Assembly (NCBI GenBank): GCA_963851445.1
Contig: CAWKPH010000002.1
Coordinates: 102,183-166,182 of the forward strand
From: an uncultured bacterium
GTDB lineage: Bacteria > Patescibacteriota > Minisyncoccia > Phycocordibacterales > Phycocordibacteraceae
Reading direction: 5' to 3'
Length of the DNA stretch: 64,000 nucleotides
Below are positions 1 through 9,302 of the stretch, piece after piece. The translations under genes and the position numbers were made by a program. The number at the start of each line of letters is the position of its first letter. Positions within the stretch are counted from its first letter, which is position 1. The notes below the pieces were generated by a model that worked only from the letters and a program-made list of their open reading frames with translations, made no database searches and had not been told where the DNA came from.

Positions 1-811
1 CCTAACGTACAGCGAACTCAACGAGAAGAAAGAACAAATCCTCAAAACACTTACTACCGAGGAGCAGAAATTCCGAAAAACACTTTCCCATGGCATGCGT
101 GAATTCGAAAAAATTGCAAAAGAAGGAAGAATTAGCGGCCATCATGCTTTTGTTCTGGCTTCAAGCTACGGATTCCCAATAGAAATTATTGATGAACTCG
201 CAAGTGAACGGAATATCGAAGTTGATATTGATGCATTTCGAAAGGAAATGGATGAGCATCAAGCGAAATCGCGTACAGCAGCTGAAGGTCGTTTCAAAGG
301 GGGCTTGGCTGATCATTCGGAAATTACGGTACGGTATCACACATCGCATCATCTTTTACTTGCAGCGCTACGCATGATCCTTGGTCCTGATGTACATCAG
401 CGGGGGAGCAACATCACGCAAGAACGGGTGCGATTGGATTTTTCATTTGAACGCAAATTGACACCTGAAGAAATACTTGAAGCTGAGCGTATAGTAAACG
501 AGAAAATTGATGAGGCGCTGCCAATTCATTGTACGGAAATGTCGAAAACTGACGCCGAGAAGCTTGGCGCCGAACAAGAGTTTGGTGTTAAGTATGGTGA
601 TACGGTTACGGTATACTCAATGGGTCCAAAAGAGGCAACGCCGCAAGATCCAAAATTTGAAAAATCATTCTCACTTGAATTCTGCGGAGGTCCCCATGTA
701 TCAAATACCAAAGAACTTGCGGGAGAAGATACTTCTAAGAAACGTTTCAGAATTGTGAAGGAAGAGTCGGTTGCAGCCGGTGTACGCCGCATTCGCGCGG
801 TGCTCGAATAG
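1..811 (+). CDS. alaS: Alanine--tRNA ligase, 3' part (5' end lies outside the window); short form ending after the editing domain
   Basis: Frame open from base 2 (LTYSELNEKKEQILKTLTTEEQKFRKTL); SYGFPIE; editing-site motifs HTSHHLL and EFCGGPHV; ends with GVRRIRA and has no C-Ala domain. Confidence 0.95.
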   Translation, partial: LTYSELNEKKEQILKTLTTEEQKFRKTLSHGMREFEKIAKEGRISGHHAFVLASSYGFPIEIIDELASERNIEVDIDAFRKEMDEHQAKSRTAAEGRFKGGLADHSEITVRYHTSHHLLLAALRMILGPDVHQRGSNITQERVRLDFSFERKLTPEEILEAERIVNEKIDEALPIHCTEMSKTDAEKLGAEQEFGVKYGDTVTVYSMGPKEATPQDPKFEKSFSLEFCGGPHVSNTKELAGEDTSKKRFRIVKEESVAAGVRRIRAVLE

Positions 812-859
812 TGCAATAGTTGGCACTCTACGTGTAAACTTTTTGCTATACTAATTGCA

Positions 860-2023
860 ATGGATCTTTTCAATGCTAGAAAGAAACACGCTCCTGTAGT
901 GCTTGTTGACATCGATGCATCGTCAATAGGAGCCGCCCTTGCAGAATTTTCGAAAAGTAGTCCCACTGTTTATTACACAATCCGTATACCCATAGATATA
1001 CGAAAGCATGAGGACGTTACGGAAGCGATGACACGTACGCTCGAGGAGGTTTGTCACGAACTTATAGCAAAAGGAGCCCCAGTTCTACGTAAGGCTGTTG
1101 GAAGTGGACATGTGCAGCAAATCATCGTGAGTGTGGGTGCTCCGTGGCAGAAAACGAAAGTGCGAACTGAGAGTATTCACCGTCCCAAACCATTTATATT
1201 CACACACACAATTCTTTCAGAGGTCACTCGTAAACCAATTGATATTCCGCAAGGGTTCTTACAGTCTGGAGAGTCAGTTATTGCGATACTGTTGAATGGA
1301 TATGAAATGCTCAATCCGTTTGGGAAACGTGCAACACGCGCTGATCTCATCGTACTTACCTCATGGCTTGAAAAATCAGCTGCGGATTCGATTGAACGTA
1401 CACTTCGCAAAACCTACCATACTCACGCATTAACCATAAGCGCGTTCGCGCCCATCGTATATAGAGCATTTCGTGATTTATTTGCTCATGAAAAAAATTA
1501 CCTTGTGATGCACGTATCAAGTCAGAAAACCGATATTGCATTTATTAAAGGAGGATTATTGGTGGACGTAATTTCAAGCGACGAAAGCTTGGGTGAATTA
1601 CTGAAACTACCTGACAGCACCCATCAAAATTCGAGTACACCTACAAAAAAGGATGCGGAGGTTACGCAAGATGCAGTTAGTGACACTTCTCGTAATATTT
1701 TATTTAATCTCGATGCAAAATCAACAGAAAAGGTATGGCTTGAGAAAATACGTACTACGCTAAGCGAACTCTCAATGAATCACGCGCTTCCGCGAACTAT
1801 ATTCTTACTTGCCGACAATTCAGTGCATGCGTATCTTTCTAGCCTTTTAAATGCGCCCGAACTCAGATCTCTTTGGCTAACTGACGAGCCGCTACGCATT
1901 ATCGCCTTGCTTCCTTCCCATGTTGCACCGTTTATCCAAATTCGAGGAGACGCGGAAAATGACCTCTCCTTAAGTCTACTAGCGCTCTTTGGTTCAAATA
2001 GCGACTTGGGGACGTCAAAATAG
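860..2023 (+). CDS. Hypothetical protein with an FtsA/PilM-like actin-fold N-terminus
   Basis: 387 aa ORF with N-terminal VLVDIDASSIGAAL resembling the actin-like phosphate-1 motif; TATACT box just upstream. Confidence 0.55.
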   Translation: MDLFNARKKHAPVVLVDIDASSIGAALAEFSKSSPTVYYTIRIPIDIRKHEDVTEAMTRTLEEVCHELIAKGAPVLRKAVGSGHVQQIIVSVGAPWQKTKVRTESIHRPKPFIFTHTILSEVTRKPIDIPQGFLQSGESVIAILLNGYEMLNPFGKRATRADLIVLTSWLEKSAADSIERTLRKTYHTHALTISAFAPIVYRAFRDLFAHEKNYLVMHVSSQKTDIAFIKGGLLVDVISSDESLGELLKLPDSTHQNSSTPTKKDAEVTQDAVSDTSRNILFNLDAKSTEKVWLEKIRTTLSELSMNHALPRTIFLLADNSVHAYLSSLLNAPELRSLWLTDEPLRIIALLPSHVAPFIQIRGDAENDLSLSLLALFGSNSDLGTSK

Positions 2024-2119
2024 CCTAATAACAGGTGTATACCCAGGGACACCTTTTACATAGAGCGCACACTGGTATACTGAACGGCATACCCATTTCT
2101 GCCTATATAACTAAATTGC

Positions 2120-3403
2120 ATGCCTCGAACAATTGATGACATACTTCCGCCTTCTCGGCGCCGTGCGGCGAATGATAGTAAGGCGACCGATATCGATACC
2201 CCAGACACTGATACTTCAGACGATAACCGCGACAGATTCTCGGGCCACCGCACTCCACCCCGTGTGCGAATCAACACTGGACGTAGTTTTCCCTATGGTA
2301 CCGCAATAATTGCACTCCTTGTGATCGCAATATCAGCTGGAGCGCTTTATGCATTTGCTGGTGCAAAAGTGGAAATTCAACCCAAATCGCAATCTGTTCA
2401 AGTGAGCGGAAGCTTTAGCGCTACACAAGGAACGGGTAGCTTGCCTTTTACTTTGATAACCGTAAATAAAACTGCAAGTGCTTTTGTTCCTGCCGAGAGT
2501 ACAGAAACTGTAAACGATTCTGCACAGGGGACTATAACAGTGTCGAACACTCTTTCCACACCAGAAACGTTCGTCGCTAACACACGCTTTGAGACACCTG
2601 CGGGTCTTGTGTTTCGAGTTCATGCCCCAATAACCATACCTGCAGCTACCGCAAGTGGACCGGGAACAGTAAGCGCAATGGTCTACGCCGATCAACCAGG
2701 TCAGGAATACAATGTGGGACCTACCACGTTCACTGTTCCCGGCCTTATGAACTATGCAAGCGAATATAGTGCTATAACCGCGAGGTCGACGAATGCAATG
2801 ATAGGGGGATTTACGGGAACTCGAGCTTCGGTTGGTCAGTCAACCGACAGCAGCCAACAGTCAACTCTTCAATCGACACTTGCAACTGAACTACAGTCTG
2901 ATATCACATCTCAAATTCCTTCAGGGGACGTTTTGGTTCCTGGTAGTACTTTTACTTCTTATACTTCAGTACCTGATACTGCAACGACTACAACTACCGT
3001 CGAGGTGAGTGAGCAAGGAACGCTCACTGCGGTGGTGTTCCCGAACTCCGCGCTTGCTCAAGCGATTGCATATAAACAAGTTGGTACCTATGAGGGTGAG
3101 CCAGTTACTACTAACAGTGTCAATAGCCTCAATCTTTCGTCTGCAAGTACGACAGTCCCAACCTCAGGAACAGAAACCTTCAACTTTAACCTTTCGGGCT
3201 CGGCAACGATTGTCTGGACAGTTGATCCTTCCAAAATCGCAGGTGCTATCGCAGGAAAAACGCGCGATTCAGCACAATCAATTCTTGCGGGATTTCCTGA
3301 AGTTGACCAAGCGACCCTTTATTTACGACCTTTTTGGGCAAACACGTTTCCTGCAGACCCCTCTCGTATTCAAGTAGTTATTGAAAAGCCTGCTAATCAA
3401 TAA
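2120..3403 (+). CDS. Membrane-anchored baseplate J/gp47-like protein
   Basis: One TM helix (AIIALLVIAISAGALYAF), then AQGTITVSN...NTRFETPAGLVF...VYADQPGQEYNV, typical of baseplate-J-like proteins; Ser/Thr-rich. Confidence 0.6.
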   Translation: MPRTIDDILPPSRRRAANDSKATDIDTPDTDTSDDNRDRFSGHRTPPRVRINTGRSFPYGTAIIALLVIAISAGALYAFAGAKVEIQPKSQSVQVSGSFSATQGTGSLPFTLITVNKTASAFVPAESTETVNDSAQGTITVSNTLSTPETFVANTRFETPAGLVFRVHAPITIPAATASGPGTVSAMVYADQPGQEYNVGPTTFTVPGLMNYASEYSAITARSTNAMIGGFTGTRASVGQSTDSSQQSTLQSTLATELQSDITSQIPSGDVLVPGSTFTSYTSVPDTATTTTTVEVSEQGTLTAVVFPNSALAQAIAYKQVGTYEGEPVTTNSVNSLNLSSASTTVPTSGTETFNFNLSGSATIVWTVDPSKIAGAIAGKTRDSAQSILAGFPEVDQATLYLRPFWANTFPADPSRIQVVIEKPANQ

Positions 3404-3463
3404 CCACTACACACCAATGCATTGACGATATACGGCCTAGTTGCTAGAATGGCAAGGCTACAC

Positions 3464-3682
3464 ATGGCGGACACTACAGCTGAAGAGAACCCAACGGGCA
3501 CGGTAGAGGAGGTGCTCCCTAATTCTCTGTTTCGCGTCCGCATGGAATCAGGTGAGCTACTTCTGGCATATCTTGCTGGAAAAATGCGCTTGCACCGAAT
3601 CCGCGTGTTAGTGGGCGATCAAGTTGAACTCGTTACCGATCCATATGGAGGCCGAGCTCGAATTGTGCGACGTCTTACCTAA
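3464..3682 (+). CDS. infA: Translation initiation factor IF-1
   Basis: GTVEEVLPNSLFRV...LAGKMRLHRIRVLVGDQV; start placed at ATG 3464, downstream of the TTGACG(3422)-17-TAGAAT(3445) promoter. Confidence 0.96.
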   Translation: MADTTAEENPTGTVEEVLPNSLFRVRMESGELLLAYLAGKMRLHRIRVLVGDQVELVTDPYGGRARIVRRLT

Positions 3683-3709
3683 TCTTATTCGCCTTCGTTA
3701 ATTTTATTC

Positions 3710-3826
3710 ATGAAAGTACGTGCATCGCTTAAGGTACAACAACCAGGAGATATTCTCGTTCGCCGTAACGGACGATTGTATCGAATCAATAAGCGTAATC
3801 CGCGCCGCAAGGCTCGGCAGGGTTAA
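3710..3826 (+). CDS. rpmJ: 50S ribosomal protein L36 (cysteine-free form); not in the ORF track
   Basis: Translated by hand: [38 protein letters not shown], located between infA and rpsM. Confidence 0.95.
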   Translation: MKVRASLKVQQPGDILVRRNGRLYRINKRNPRRKARQG

Positions 3827-3849
3827 ATCATCTCAATTTTCATAAATTT

Positions 3850-4230
3850 ATGCGTATAGCTGGAGTCACTCTTCCTGATAGTAAACAACTTCTGTATTCG
3901 TTACCGTTAATTAACGGTATTGGAATTTCGCGTGCGCGAGATATTTTGAAACAGGTTAAACTTTCCCCATCGACTAAGGGCACTGAGATTACTCCTGAAC
4001 AGGAGCAAGCGATCCGCACGCTTGCTGAGGGCTATACAATCGAAGGGGAACTTCGTCGCGAGGTCGCACAAAATATTAAGCGATTAAAGGATATTCGTTC
4101 AGCTCGCGGTATCCGTCACGAGCGCGGTCTTCCTGTTCGAAATCAGCGTACAAAAACAAATTCTCGAACACGTCGAGGTAATCAGCGAAAGACTATGGGA
4201 TCAGGACGCCGCACGCTCGAGAAGACATAA
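3850..4230 (+). CDS. rpsM: 30S ribosomal protein S13
   Basis: MRIAGV...GIG...RGIRHERGLPVRNQRTKTNSRTR. Confidence 0.97.
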   Translation: MRIAGVTLPDSKQLLYSLPLINGIGISRARDILKQVKLSPSTKGTEITPEQEQAIRTLAEGYTIEGELRREVAQNIKRLKDIRSARGIRHERGLPVRNQRTKTNSRTRRGNQRKTMGSGRRTLEKT

Positions 4231-4267
4231 AACAAGGCAATAACATCTCTCACCTCTCTAAACCATT

Positions 4268-4702
4268 ATGGGAAAAAAACGTATTATTAAGAAATCAGGA
4301 AGAAGTCTCGACCAGGGACGGCGAGAACGCGCCCTATCAAGAGTTGCTAAAAAGCGAATTGAACGCGGTATTCTTCATGTTGAAGCAACTTTTAATAATA
4401 CAAAGGCTGTTCTTACCGATGAAGCAGGTAACGCAATCATGTCATCCTCTTCAGGTGCACTTGGTTTCTCGGGTGCACGCAAATCAACTCCGTATGCGGC
4501 CGCAAAAGTTGGCGAACTTATCGGGGAAAAGGCAGCTGCCATTGGCCTTAAGGAAGCAAGCGTGGTCATACGCGGCGTTGGGGCCGGTCGCGAATCAGCA
4601 CTTCGTGCGTTTGCGGGTAAGGGTATCCAAATTCGTAGCATTAAGGATGCTACTCCTGTCCCACATAATGGCCCTCGACCGCCTAAGCCTCGTCGCGTAT
4701 AA
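4268..4702 (+). CDS. rpsK: 30S ribosomal protein S11
   Basis: ATFNNT, GARKSTPYAA, DATPVPHNGPRPPKPRRV. Confidence 0.98.
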   Translation: MGKKRIIKKSGRSLDQGRRERALSRVAKKRIERGILHVEATFNNTKAVLTDEAGNAIMSSSSGALGFSGARKSTPYAAAKVGELIGEKAAAIGLKEASVVIRGVGAGRESALRAFAGKGIQIRSIKDATPVPHNGPRPPKPRRV

Positions 4703-4723
4703 TCCTTCTTCATCATTTTATTT

Positions 4724-5335
4724 ATGAAAACAGGACCAAAATATAAAATTGCGAAGCGTCTGGGACCCTCTGTGTTTGAAAAAACCCAAACACAGAAATT
4801 TGCTATCGCTCAGGAACGTGCGGCTCGCACCAAAAAATCTCGTGGTCGTGGTGCGACCGAATATGGCAAGCAACTTCTCGAGAAGCAAAAGGTTCGTATG
4901 ACCTATGGTATTTCAGAGCGCCAATTTCGAAACCTTATTGAGGAAGCGATGGAAACTCATGATGCGAATCCTTCTGAAATTTTACATCGACTTCTAGAAC
5001 TGCGACTCGATAATGTTATTGCACGACTCGGCCTTGCGCCGACTCGACGCGCAGCTCGGCAAATGGTCTCCCATGGCCATGTGACGGTGAATGGCACTAA
5101 AACAACTATTCCGTCACGCAGGATGCATGTCGGGGACAAAATTGCCGTGCGTGAGGGCAGTAAAAATCGTGTGCTGTTTGAAAACCTCAGTGCTCGGCTT
5201 GAGGAGCGAACGCTTGGCAAGTGGCTCTCGTTTGATGCAAAGGCAATGAGCGGGAACATTGAATCGCTTCCAAGTCATGAGAGCACTGATACTGCAGGTG
5301 ATTTGGTTTCAGTTATTTCCTTCTATTCTCGATAG
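4724..5335 (+). CDS. rpsD: 30S ribosomal protein S4
   Basis: EYGKQLLEKQKVRMTYG, LELRLDNV, ARQMVSHGHVTVNG. Confidence 0.98.
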   Translation: MKTGPKYKIAKRLGPSVFEKTQTQKFAIAQERAARTKKSRGRGATEYGKQLLEKQKVRMTYGISERQFRNLIEEAMETHDANPSEILHRLLELRLDNVIARLGLAPTRRAARQMVSHGHVTVNGTKTTIPSRRMHVGDKIAVREGSKNRVLFENLSARLEERTLGKWLSFDAKAMSGNIESLPSHESTDTAGDLVSVISFYSR

Positions 5336-5394
5336 AATGGAGAGAATTTGAAGCTATATCATTTTATTTAAAAGCTGGATAATTAGATTGCGTT

Positions 5395-6366
5395 ATGGAA
5401 TTCCACATTACACTACCGTCAAAACCACGTGTCATCGTTGAAGAAGGCATGCTTGGAGTTTATGAAATAGATTCACTGTACCCGGGATATGGCCAGACCC
5501 TTGGCAATTCACTCCGTCGTATTGTGCTTTCGTCGCTTCCGGGAGCAGCAGTGACTTCAGTTAAAATCGAAGATGTCACTCATGAATTTGCTACGATTGA
5601 GGGCGTTCGTGAATCAGTCATGGAGATACTGCTTAATTTAAAGCGTGTTCACTTTGCGCTTCATGGTGACGAGACTCAATTGATTCGACTTTCAGTAAAA
5701 GGCCCGAAGCAGGTTACCGCTGGTGATTTCTCGCTTCCAAGCCAGGTCACTATTACGAATCCTGACCAACACATTGGAGATATTTCTGGGAAAATAAACT
5801 TTGAGCTCGAAGCGACTATCGAACGTGGGCTTGGGTATGTACCTCGCGAAGTTCTCACCCGTGACAAAGTCGATATCGGAACAATTGCACTTGATGCAAC
5901 ATTTACGCCGATTCGTCGTGCAAACTATGAGGTCGAGGACATGCGCGTAGGTGACCGTACTGATTTCAATCGCCTTCGTTTTATCATTGAAACTAATGGG
6001 ACGATTACACCCCGAGAAGCGCTTGAGCGTTCGATTGAAGTTATGATTCACCAACTCAAGTCTATTGTCGGGTTTCAAGAGGAGGTTGAAATTCAGTCAC
6101 CTGCGAGCGACTATTCCGGTGATGGTTCAAGTGAGGAGGCAATGAGCGACAAGGAAGGAAGGGATCCTGCAAAAATGAAAATCGAGGAGCTTGAACTCTC
6201 AAATCGCATTTCTACAGCTCTTTCTGAAGCCGGCATACGCACAGTCGCTGGGCTCAGCCGTAAAACGGCATCTTCTCTTAAAGAACTCGATGGAGTTGGC
6301 GATAAGGCTATTGAAGAAATAAATGCCGCGCTTAGCGATCTGGGACTTTCACTTAAAGAGGGTTAA
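5395..6366 (+). CDS. rpoA: RNA polymerase alpha subunit
   Basis: GYGQTLGNSLRRIVLSSLPGAA, HEFATIEGVRE, IALDATFTPI, RVGDRTDF. Confidence 0.98.
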   Translation: MEFHITLPSKPRVIVEEGMLGVYEIDSLYPGYGQTLGNSLRRIVLSSLPGAAVTSVKIEDVTHEFATIEGVRESVMEILLNLKRVHFALHGDETQLIRLSVKGPKQVTAGDFSLPSQVTITNPDQHIGDISGKINFELEATIERGLGYVPREVLTRDKVDIGTIALDATFTPIRRANYEVEDMRVGDRTDFNRLRFIIETNGTITPREALERSIEVMIHQLKSIVGFQEEVEIQSPASDYSGDGSSEEAMSDKEGRDPAKMKIEELELSNRISTALSEAGIRTVAGLSRKTASSLKELDGVGDKAIEEINAALSDLGLSLKEG

Positions 6367-6406
6367 TTGACGAGAGCAATAAAAAACGTTACAGTATAAA
6401 GGTTAT

Positions 6407-6760
6407 ATGCGACACAGCGTTAAAGGACGATCGTTCAACCGGCCGAGCAATCAGCGGACTGCACTAATGCGCTCGCTCGCTCGCTCGCTCATACTACATG
6501 AGCGTATTTCGACGACCGAAGCGAAAGCTAAGGAACTCCGTCCTATGATCGAGAAAATCATTACGCACGGACGCGAGGACACCGTTGCAAATCGACGCCT
6601 TGTCTCAATGCGACTGGGTGGGGATGTTGAAGCAACCAAGAAAGTCTTCACGGCTCTTGCTCCTCGCTATGCAAGTCGTCCAGGGGGGTATACGCGCATC
6701 ATCAAGCGTTCGATAACCGCAACCGATGGTCGCAAGACCGCCTATATTGCTTTCGTGTAA
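6407..6760 (+). CDS. rplQ: 50S ribosomal protein L17
   Basis: MRH...ISTTEAKAKELR...RPGGYTRIIK. Confidence 0.98.
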   Translation: MRHSVKGRSFNRPSNQRTALMRSLARSLILHERISTTEAKAKELRPMIEKIITHGREDTVANRRLVSMRLGGDVEATKKVFTALAPRYASRPGGYTRIIKRSITATDGRKTAYIAFV

Positions 6761-6788
6761 TTCTTTCAAATCCCTATTCAACAACACC

Positions 6789-7190
6789 ATGCCTACGATT
6801 GCACAAAAAGTATCAAAACAGCGTACCCTTCAAGGGATTGAGGTTTTGAAGTACACGGTAGATGCTGAAGGACGTTCACTTGGACGCGTTGCAAGTGAAG
6901 CAGCTTCGGCGCTTCTTGGAAAAAAGTCTCCACACTTTGTGAAGAACCTTGTACTTCCTGTTGAAGTTACAATTAAGAATGTTTCAAAACTCTCGCTCCC
7001 TGAACGTCGCGTTGCTGGCAAGGCCTATCGTCACTATACGGGATACCCAGGAGGTCTTCGCGAGGTCACACTTACGGAATTGATTGCAAAAAAGGGTATC
7101 GGGGAAGCTATGAGAAAAGCAGTGGATGGTATGCTGCCACGCAATAAACTCCGCAAAGACCGCATGAAGCGCCTTGTTATTAACGACTAA
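6789..7190 (+). CDS. rplM: 50S ribosomal protein L13
   Basis: VDAEGRSLGRVAS, YRHYTGYPGGL, AVDGMLPRNKL; start moved to ATG 6789. Confidence 0.96.
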   Translation: MPTIAQKVSKQRTLQGIEVLKYTVDAEGRSLGRVASEAASALLGKKSPHFVKNLVLPVEVTIKNVSKLSLPERRVAGKAYRHYTGYPGGLREVTLTELIAKKGIGEAMRKAVDGMLPRNKLRKDRMKRLVIND

Positions 7191-7211
7191 CGTTCATATT
7201 TTTATATCTTT

Positions 7212-7622
7212 ATGGCAAACTCCTCAGATTCACTTCCATACACCGTTGCAGTAGGACGTCGTAAAACGGCCAGCGCTCGCGTACGTCTTACACCTGCGGG
7301 GAAAAGTTCGATTATGGTGAATGGCGTGCCTGCAGAGGAGTATTTCAAAACGAAAGAACGTACCTCGGTCACAGGAGACGCTTTTAGACTTGACGATGTT
7401 ACAGGTACCTATGAGGTCGTTGCAAAAGTTCAGGGGGGTGGTATTTCCGCTCAAGCTGATGCAGTGCGTCATGCAATCGCTCGAGCACTTATTAAAGGCG
7501 ATATTACCCTTCGTCCGCCACTCAAGAAGGCTGGATATCTTAAACGCGATCCCCGTGCCAAGGAGCGAAAGAAGCCAGGACTCCGCAAGGCTCGTAAGCG
7601 ACCACAATGGTCAAAGCGCTAA
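7212..7622 (+). CDS. rpsI: 30S ribosomal protein S9
   Basis: GRRKTASARV, GGGISAQADAVRHAIARAL, RDPRAKERKKPG...PQWSKR. Confidence 0.98.
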   Translation: MANSSDSLPYTVAVGRRKTASARVRLTPAGKSSIMVNGVPAEEYFKTKERTSVTGDAFRLDDVTGTYEVVAKVQGGGISAQADAVRHAIARALIKGDITLRPPLKKAGYLKRDPRAKERKKPGLRKARKRPQWSKR

Positions 7623-7648
7623 TTCAAGGATTCTGATTGAAGCATATT

Positions 7649-7680
7649 AACCGTCTATCATGGATAGACGGTTTTTCTTT
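7649..7680 (+). terminator. Intrinsic terminator ending the ribosomal protein cluster
   Basis: AACCGTCTATC-atg-GATAGACGGTT followed by a T-rich tail. Confidence 0.8.
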
Positions 7681-7700
7681 GTTTCTGTTACAATCTGCTA

Positions 7701-8594
7701 ATGAAAGACTTTGAGGTGCTCTTATTCTATAAGTACGTCACTATTGAAAATCCACAGGAGCTTGCGACTTGGGTTCGCAAACTATGCGAGCAGTATGCGC
7801 TTACAGGACGCGTTATCGTCGCTGAAGAGGGAATTAATGCCATTCTCGAGGGAAAAACTGCTAATACAAAGGCATTCCTAAGGAAATTTTTATCGGATGC
7901 ACGATTAAGCGACATAAAGATCAAGCGTAGTAAAGGTACTGGGACAGCATTTCCTAAGCTCTCCGTAAAAGTACGCAAAGAAATTGTGGGCACCCATTTT
8001 CCACAAGAGCAAATTGATCCACGCATAAAAACTGCGCCGTATATCAAAGCAAATGAACTTCGAAAAATGTACGAAAGTGATGATGATTTCGTAGTTGTAG
8101 ATATGCGTAATACCTATGAATATGCGTCAGGCCACTTTAAACATTCCGTTAATCCGGGTCTCGAGAACTCTCGTGATCTTCCGAAGATGCTTCCGAAACT
8201 CGAACCACTTAAACATAGGAAGGTTATCACTGTGTGTACAGGCGGTATTCGTTGCGAAAAGATGTCAGCACTTCTCCTAAGCAATGGATTTGAAGATGTG
8301 CATCAGCTTGAGGGTGGTATCCATGGCTATATGAAAAAATTTCCTGGAAAGGATTTTCTCGGAACGCTCTATACGTTCGATGGCCGCCTCACAGTCGATT
8401 TCGGCGGCAATCGCGAGGTCATCGGCAAATGCTACCTTTGCGATAATCCTACCGAAAGATACGTAAACTGTGCTAATCCAGCTTGCCATCTTCATTTTCT
8501 CGTCTGCGACTCCTGCGTAACTCCTGACGGAAATGCGTATTGTTCGAACGACTGTAAAAGGAGTATAGCGATTGCGATTACAATCGAAATTTGA
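7701..8594 (+). CDS. trhO: Rhodanese-domain tRNA U34 hydroxylase (YceA/TrhO family)
   Basis: VLLFYKY, GRVIVAEEGINA, DMRNTYEYASGHF, CTGGIRCEK, QLEGGI, FDGR and a C-terminal Cys cluster. Confidence 0.88.
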   Translation: MKDFEVLLFYKYVTIENPQELATWVRKLCEQYALTGRVIVAEEGINAILEGKTANTKAFLRKFLSDARLSDIKIKRSKGTGTAFPKLSVKVRKEIVGTHFPQEQIDPRIKTAPYIKANELRKMYESDDDFVVVDMRNTYEYASGHFKHSVNPGLENSRDLPKMLPKLEPLKHRKVITVCTGGIRCEKMSALLLSNGFEDVHQLEGGIHGYMKKFPGKDFLGTLYTFDGRLTVDFGGNREVIGKCYLCDNPTERYVNCANPACHLHFLVCDSCVTPDGNAYCSNDCKRSIAIAITIEI

Positions 8595-8643
8595 ATATCA
8601 GGAACATTTTGACCCCTGCAATTATTTCAGGCATACTTTATTC

Positions 8644-9195
8644 ATGGATGAGGACGATGTAACCGTAGAGTCGGATACCGAGAATGGGTTTGTGGGAGAC
8701 GGGGATGAAACCATTGCTTCGGAAGATCGCGCTGAAACTAAACTTGCCAAACTTCGCAAGGAACTTGAGCAACTGCGAAAAGAAAAACAAGAGAATTTAG
8801 ACGGGTGGCAGCGATCGAAGGCGGATTATGTGAACGCGCTTCGACGTTTTGAGCAAGAGAAGAAATTAGCCATTGAACTAGGCAAAATAAAGACAGCTGA
8901 AGCCTTTATACCCGCTATGGATTCGCTAGAACGAGCCAAGGAGAATGGTGAATTGCCAGAAGGATTTATTGGAATTTTGAAGCAACTTGAAAGCGCCGCT
9001 AAATCTTTAGGACTTGTTCAATTTGGAACAAAAGGCGATCCATTCGATCCCATGCTTCACGAAGCACTGGGCAATGATGCTACGGAAAATGACGATGAGG
9101 ATAACACCGTTAGTGTTGTGCTTGAGCAGGGATGGAAAATGAACGATCAGATCATCAGGCCTGCCAAAGTACGTGTCGCTCACCTGCAGGTTTGA
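8644..9195 (+). CDS. grpE: Nucleotide exchange factor GrpE
   Basis: RSKADYVNALRR, FDPMLHEA, GWKMNDQIIRPAKVRV; start at ATG 8644. Confidence 0.95.
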   Translation: MDEDDVTVESDTENGFVGDGDETIASEDRAETKLAKLRKELEQLRKEKQENLDGWQRSKADYVNALRRFEQEKKLAIELGKIKTAEAFIPAMDSLERAKENGELPEGFIGILKQLESAAKSLGLVQFGTKGDPFDPMLHEALGNDATENDDEDNTVSVVLEQGWKMNDQIIRPAKVRVAHLQV

Positions 9196-9302
9196 ACTCA
9201 GAAATAAAGAGGTGTAAAATGAGATCATCGGATCCAAGGTTTGATTGAATTTAAAATGGGTTGCAAGAGGGTGTATTTATAAAGATTTAACTATATTTGA
9301 CT

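Noticed and set aside
818-850. Possible CIRCE heat-shock operator (TTGGCACTC)
   Set aside because: No inverted second arm at 9-nt spacing, and it is not upstream of grpE/dnaK.
2120-3403. Prophage inferred from the baseplate-J-like gene
   Set aside because: No terminase, capsid, tail or integrase genes nearby; the flanks are housekeeping genes.
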